A stretch of 64,000 nt of DNA, from positions 1-64,000 of the forward strand of contig CBDBBG010000273.1 in assembly GCA_965202585.1 (NCBI GenBank). Reading direction: 5' to 3'. This stretch comes from Thalia democratica (lineage: Eukaryota). Made by a program: the position numbers and the translations under genes. How positions within the stretch are numbered: the stretch's first letter is position 1; every line of letters begins with the position of its first letter. Below the pieces are notes generated by a model. It was not told where the DNA came from, made no database searches, and was given only the letters and a program-made list of their open reading frames with translations. Shown here one piece after another: positions 56,754 through 64,000 of the stretch.

Positions 56754-57739
56754 TGACTCTCTTGAGGTAGCTAATTTGTAAAAAATTGGTAAAAAAAAAG
56801 ACGCTCATCTTACGATGAACGTCTTTCAAAAAAAAATATGGAAGAAAAAGTTGGAAAAAATTCGAGCAAAAAAGGCCCCAATTTCGCCCGCGGGCGAAAT
56901 TGGGGCCGTTTTTGCTCGAATTTTTTCCAACTTTTTCTTCCATACTCTACCAATCCTTCACTTTCCATTCAAAATTCAATTCTCACAACTTTTCGAAAAA
57001 ACTCCCCCTCCCTTAATTTGAAAATATTTTTTCAAAGCTTCTGCTTACACCGCAAAATGCTTTTTATCAGCTCTGATCGTGACGGCGACTGCGAGATGCA
57101 GCCGCTTCTCTGCCCGTCACATTTTGAGTGCTTCACCTTTCGCCCCTGCATTTTCTTCCGCCTTCTCTGCTTCAGTCGCCCGCTTGAAGCTTCTATAAAT
57201 GCACGGCTTTAATCACTTCATTTCTGCACTCGTTCTTTTAACTGGGCTGAATCATCTCAGAGCTTTATGCTTACTTCTATGGCTGCTTTCGGACGGTACT
57301 TGCCTTTATTCTTGCTCTAATTTCCCTCCCTACACATACAATCGGGTCTGCTATGCGACCTTAACTGCTGCGCTCTTTCGATGCCAGCTTAAGTCGACGG
57401 CCAGTCGACTCAAGCTATAACCAATCCCTGCCTGCATTAACAACCAAACCGCCTTGACGACTTCACGTCTACCCGCCTCGACGCCAGTCGACTCAAGCTA
57501 TTACCAATCCCTGCCTGCATTAACAACCAACCCGCCTTGACGACTTCACGTCTACCCGCCTCTACGGCCAGGCATTTCCTCGTTAAAAGCCTACAACGCT
57601 TTGCATTATAAAATCCCTAAGCGTCAAGTCGACCGAACGCACGAAAGCGTATCTCTTACTAGTGTAACATTAAGCATACGCGTATGATGCCGAAATGCTC
57701 TTGTTGGAAATATTCTACTAGGCTACCTCAAGAGAGTCA
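56754..57739. mobile_element. 18-bp-TIR element, copy 3 (palindrome variant)
   Basis: Same TIRs; four differences near the palindrome. Confidence 0.7.
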
Positions 57740-60263
57740 AACTTTCACCTTTACTCAACTTTTTTTCATTACATGTACTTCTTTATACCTATATAAAATT
57801 TGTTTAGTCTTATAAAATTTTTGCCAAACACTTTAGAGACACCGATAAGGTACGCACTTTAAAAGGTACGCACTTGAGTAAAATTAAGTTTCAAATAAAG
57901 TGTACATCACCTCTTAACATTTTACCAGCAGTCTAACAGATTGTAAGGTTATCATACCTCTTTATAACAATTATTCTGATAAAAACTGTACTTTGAGCTA
58001 AATTGTTTGTTTATTACATAAGTATGCTGTATAATTGTAACGGTATACTATTAATTTCTTGTTTATTTTTGCTAACTAGTTTTTATTTTCTCACAACCAA
58101 ACAAACGATAGTGGCAAACTTGCTGTGAAAATATCCAACATTCATCTGAGCACATAGCAGTCAAGTTTTACCTGCAACATGCACATTATTTCACGCAATT
58201 TAAATCCATGGTGATTGGAAACAAGAGCAGGAGAAACTCACATGTCAAAGCTGCATACAAGACTTTTGAGCTAAGTATATTTGAAGGTAAAATATATACA
58301 ACATTTACAAACATGTACTTTAAAAGCTATTTGAGAAACCTACTAACTTGTATTAGTTTTTAGATAAGTGAATTTAAAAAAATGTATTATGTTTAAGGCT
58401 TTTTATATCAAATCAATTACAAACTGGTATTATTTTTTTCAAGGCAAAACTTAATAGATAAATAGTAATAATGTAATATTTAAACAATATTTAACTCTTT
58501 AAACAATTTTTATGACTATATTAAATTTTCACTAGCATTTGTTTTTGTATATTATATGACTATATAAAAGTTTGTTTTAAAGTACTAGTACACAAACAGT
58601 TGTTGAGCCTGATACGTTACAACAAGCTGTTTGGATTCATAGATTTGAATTAAAATGCGATATCATTTTTTCGAATAAGCACATTCCTAGTATAATTCAA
58701 GTTTTTATGACATATTAATTTACTATTAAATCTTAAACAATTATTTTGTAGGCTTAGAGTTTTTGGATAAACACAATTGTTTGTTAATACTTTGTTTCTC
58801 ATCTTACTAAGTAGAAACCAATTTATAGTTTAAGCTGTCAATGAACTGTATGCTTCAAAAAACACTAGGTGGTACTTTCAATAACTGTTAAATATATTCT
58901 GTTAAAATGTACTTTATATTTGTTTGTCAGTAATGCCAGTTTGTATCCTGCTTAACATAACTGATGTTAAACAACATTTACCACAAAAACAAACATCACA
59001 CATACAGAAAAGCTTTTGTATTCTACTACGATTGTTCATACCTTTGTTACTGAGAAAAGTGAAAAAGTCTTACAGTATTTTTTTCTGAAATAGCTTTATT
59101 TTGAAAAATGTACTACTAGTAAATAAATATGTTGTTAAGTTAATTGTTACATTAATACAGTATATAAAATGTAGTTGTTAAGCTGTAAGAGTTTGAAAAA
59201 CTATAACAAAAAATGTTATGTCAGACAATTAAAAAAAATTAGTAGACATCAAGATAGTAAGTACTTAATTTTTTTTAAACTTAATCTTGACCATTCTGTT
59301 TTTTTAACTATATTGCTATTAATACATCCATTTCGTATTTAGACATTATTTCCTTTCTTTACAGTTTTTCATTGTTAAAAATTGCAATTCTAAATCAAAA
59401 AATTAAAATAAAGGGCTTTAATGTTTTCGGATATATTGTTGATTTCGTCAATACTTTTATATTTACTAATGAATTTAATTAAACAAATATTTTAAACTGT
59501 TGTTAGTTTTTACAGATATTATAATATCTAATCGTTTTTAAGTATACGATAGAAAAGGTTTGAGTTTTATTTATTAAACTAATTAATTTTTAAATATACA
59601 ATAAATATTTCATGATTTTCCTTATTTAACTTAATATATTAGATAAGATTTATATTCTTTTCAACCACCATTAGTAACTTAAAATAAAACAAACATTGAA
59701 AGTTTTGACTAATTTATTCTCGCAACAAATAACAACTTAAAAATCTAAAACGCTAAGTTTCAAAGCAATAAATTTTCAAATTGTACTTTATTCAAGTTTT
59801 AAAAACTATTTTTATAATTAAAAGCTACAAAATTTTCTATATGGGAACTTTTCTTTGAGGTTTAGCCGGAACAAAAAGGTTTTAAGTTTTATTAATTTGA
59901 AAAATAGTTAAATATAAGAATTAAATAACGCCTAAAAGTTTAAAACTTTGTGCCTTTAACTTACAGAAACTTAAGAAAGAAATATTTAATAACTGGATAA
60001 ATCGGTAAAAAAGAAGAAAAATTCAAAAACAATACGTATTCAAACTAAACTAACAAATATATTTTAATCTTTAACCACCAGAACTACAAACAACAAAAAC
60101 TAAATTCATTAAATACTTTGTTCTTACGATATGTCAGAAATAGAATACTTTTTCGGAATATATAAAATATTTCTTCATGCATAGAAAGTGAAAAGTCAAC
60201 AAAAGGGGAAATTCCCCGAGTCGAAAGTGGCGGTATTGTACTAAGCAGGGATAAATACGGGAT

Positions 60264-62818
60264 TCAAGAGTGGTGGAGCTTGTGGGGGCAGTGGGACCCT
60301 TTTTTGATTCTTCCGTCGCAGCACACAGATATCGAGGGGTCGTACACGTGCAATCCTCCGCAGCAAGCCTGAAAAATGAAAAGAATAAATATTAATACTT
60401 GAGAAAAATGGATATTGCATAAAATTTATTTTAATTGATGTTTGCAAAAATAAATGTATTTCGGCTTTGTTATATGTAACAATATGTCAAATTTTACAAT
60501 ACTTGACCAAATAGTCATAAAAATTAAAATATCGATAAAACCAGTTTTTATGCATTTCAGCTAGAATAAAACAAATTGTAACCCTCCACAACAGACATGA
60601 AAACAGTTTAGAGATCTAAATAAAAAATACTTGTAAAATTAAGCAACATATTGATTTTTTTTAGGTTTAAAATATTTTTGAACTTTAAACAAAACTAAAA
60701 TTTTTAACAGCATTACCTAATTTTTAAAGGTTGGTACAAGTAAATTAACCATCTTAGTTTATAACATATACTTAATTGTCTTTATTTCTTTAGAAAAGAC
60801 ACATTGTAATAAATTTCATGGTTTTATTATTAATCAAGCCCTAATCAGCTTAAATTATATTAATTGTACATTTTTTATTGAACACTGTTTTTGTAATTAC
60901 GTTTAATTTTTTTTGTGTGCTGCGGGTTTTAAATAAAACAAACAAAGATTAATTAAATAAGAAAGACCTCTCCTCTTTACTTTGTTACATAAACACATAC
61001 ATTATTATGATCAGGTAATTTGTTTTTAACCTCAGACAAAAACCTTTAAGCTAAAAATCGTCTTTTGAACAAAAAAAAAATCAGATAAAAGCATTTAAAG
61101 AACAATTGCTTATGTCTGGTCTATACAAATGTTTATTTAAATACCAAAAAAATAATTGCTTAGCAGAAATTATGGTGAAGATAAAGATCTATCACGTGCT
61201 TTTGTTGTTAAATATCAAATTATAAATTGACTGATTACATTGTTAATTTCACTAGTTTAATATATTGTTCTGATAAATTATTTCAATTTATGTGTTAGAC
61301 TATAGTAGTAACTAAGAAACAAATAGTTTTAAATTTTTTTCATTAACAAAACAAAGTATGTGTTTAAAAACCAAGTATACTATTTGTTTGACTCAACAAA
61401 AATTTATAATTTCTGATTTAATATTTTCGATTATTTTTACGATACGTAAAAAAGAAATAAAGAAATTCAATAACATTTAGTTTTTAATTTTAAGTAAGTT
61501 GTTTATATTCTTTATAGTTGTATGATGGCTAAACAAGTCCTAATTTTTTACTACATACCAAATGTTTAGAGTTAAATGGTATTATCCATCTTTTTTTTGG
61601 GAAATCAATAAAGAAATAAAAAATTTCTATCAAAGTCAACAGTTTCCTTAAATAATGCACATTACAATAAACAAATTATACCGTTATTTTGAAATTGAGT
61701 TTATTTTTTGAAACTTTTGATTGGAATTAACTTTGACATGATAAGTTTTTCTGCAATATTTGCTACTTTTTGCAGTTTATTATTATTTTTACAACCAAAA
61801 ACTGTTATATTTACTCACTTTTTTAGAACTTGCGTAAGGAACTCCGTTGCAACCTCCGCAACAGGCATCAGGTCTCAGGCTCATGAGGGAAATTCCCTTT
61901 TTACATTTCTTTCCCGACCCCTCGCGGAAGAAACATATGCACTGCTGCAAGCACTTGTCTGTGTTTTCTATAGATAAAAAGTCAAATATTATTTAATTCC
62001 AATTATATAAAGTTTTTTTTTTCAGTAAATAAAACAAGAAAAAAGTTTAGTTATATATTTAGATTTTCAAAATCATAACGTTTGTAATTCTGTAAGAAAT
62101 TTAACTTAATTGAAAAACATAACTATTTTTCATCAGACTTATTTCATTTATTTTGCATTTGTTTACTACTAGTTTAGTTTCTATTGTATAAAACTAATAC
62201 AAACCTTCAACATTGATGGAATCGGTTTTAAATATTTCCTTCTCGCTGCTCAACAACGTTTTAAGTTGTCCCTGCAATTCTTCAGCTTGTAACTCCCTGT
62301 TGGCGTATGTTGGTGAGAACAATGAGTACTTAACTGTGTATTCATTCTCTTCTTCTACTGCTTCCGATCTGTATGAGAGAATGAATATTAGTGTTTAGGG
62401 ATGATTTATTAGAAATTTATACAACTATTAGAGTTAAATATAAACTTATAATGTTTCTTGTGAAAAATTGGAGTCGATATAGATTTATTAGCACTTATAA
62501 AAAGTATAAGAAATGTAAAAAAAATATGTAAATTAAAAAAAATATATGTAACAAGCTTAAGTAGTAGTTGCTTTAGAAGGCTTCATACAAAGGTTTTAAT
62601 ACTATAAATAAGCTCTTAGTTAAAATAGTTTTGTAAAGTTTTACGTTGCAAATCCATCAAAACACCAGCACTAAAAAACAACTTTATTGCTTAAACTCAA
62701 TATTTTTGGTTTATAAAACATTTAAACTAAAAATAACTAACGAGATTCCGTTCTTTTTGACATCTTCAATTTCTACAACTATATCTGTCACTCCGGAGTT
62801 AGTCAAAACTTTCAATAT
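60264..62818 (-). CDS. SEA-like/galaxin-repeat gene 3' exons, copy 3
   Basis: Exons 62818-62742, 62368-62205, 61967-61819, 60368-60264; same as copy 1. Confidence 0.85.
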
Positions 62819-64000
62819 CTGCAAAACATAGTTAAATTTTAACTTTTTATCTATTTTACCTATTTAATCTAAAAACCTAATATCTATTTACAAATATTGA
62901 CGGTTGAAAGGTTAACAGCTGCACAAAGTGTTTTTTAAGTGATTAACATTCTAATAAATCTCATGAATGGTCAATGGAAGCTTTATCAAATGTCACAATT
63001 TACATCAAAGGTCACTAAAGGGCTTTTTATTTAATCGGATTTTTGAGCGAGATCGCCTGAAAGGTCTGTCTAATCTCCTTTTTATTGAGAATTGGCAGTA
63101 AAGTTTGTCGTCGTTAGTGTTTTGATTAGTAGTTCGTAGAAAAACGAGCTAAATTAGAAAAATAAATTGTAAAAATTAAGTTTGAGTCACCACAGGGAAA
63201 CTAGTTTCAATTACAACACAATATGAAATAGTAAAGAAACACTGTTGACAATAGATAATGAAATCTTTTTTTTCTTAATGTACCTAAAGTTTATGAACTA
63301 ATGTACAAGGTATGCTAGATATTTTCGTAAAACTTTATGTTTTTGAACTAGTGTTTGTTTTGTCAACTGATATTTTTATGTATGTGATGACAAAAATAAC
63401 TTATTGTGTACATTTGAAACAAGTATTGCAAAATTTTTGATTAAAGTCTTCTTTAAACAGTTTTAAAGTTCAAAGAAAAAAAACTTATGAAAGCTTATTT
63501 TGTCCATAAGTCTCAGTAAAAACAAAAACTTTATCTGCCTAGCATTGATTTATTAATAACTATTAAAAAAAAGTTGTAAAACTTGAGAACAAGATTTCTT
63601 CTGTTGTGTTTATAAGTTATTTATTCAAATAAAGATGTTAAAATTAAATATTTTATTTACAACCAGGTTTTGGTGACAAAATTTGCGACCTTTTCAAGTG
63701 AAATAAAATAGTTTTAGTTTAGATATTTTAGTGAAGACAAATAACTGTAAAGTTATTTATTCAAAAAGGCCGTCTAATGCAAAATAAAATATGTCAAGTA
63801 AAGTAAATTTATTAACACTGTAACTATTTTAAACTGTTAAAATGAAATATTACTAACAACATTACTTGAAAAAACCTTATACAATACATTATTTATAACA
63901 TGTAGCTTTAAATAACTCTGTAAAATAATAAAAAAATGATTGATTGTAACCGAACACGTCAAATAAATCACAAGCACTAAAGTTTCTTGTTTTCGTAACT

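Larger units (their letters stand above)
45240..64000. repeat. 22.6-kb tandem unit, copy 3 (partial, runs off window)
   Basis: Same sequence as copy 2 in spot checks apart from four changes at about 56799-56940; ORF offsets +45238 then +45237 relative to copy 1. Confidence 0.98.

Overview
Very AT-rich eukaryotic (metazoan-like) DNA with spliceosomal introns and DNA-transposon relics. A cnidarian such as Hydra is plausible, but that is inference only. The window is about 2.8 head-to-tail copies of one ~22.62-kb unit (1-22620, 22621-45239, 45240-64000), identical at nearly every position I spot-checked, including homopolymer lengths. Each unit contains five things. (i) An older, diverged ~1.0-1.7-kb sub-repeat array with exon-like modules and a recurrent hairpin. 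(ii) Several MITEs (hAT with an 8-bp TSD, Mutator-like with a 9-bp TSD). (iii) A 987-bp GC-rich TG...CA element with 18-bp terminal inverted repeats, carrying a 108-bp palindrome, a hairpin that covaries with a homologue just outside it, an 83-bp CCAAT-containing tandem repeat and a TATA box. (iv) The 3' four exons of a minus-strand gene encoding a SEA-like segment followed by Cys-rich galaxin-type CC-G repeats; the ORF track misses it. (v) Further candidate exons and a GNRA-capped stem-loop. Most ORF-track entries look spurious. Most of the few inter-copy differences I found lie in or beside the palindrome, whose internal mismatch is flipped in copy 3. All analysis was by eye; no alignments, folding or database searches were run.
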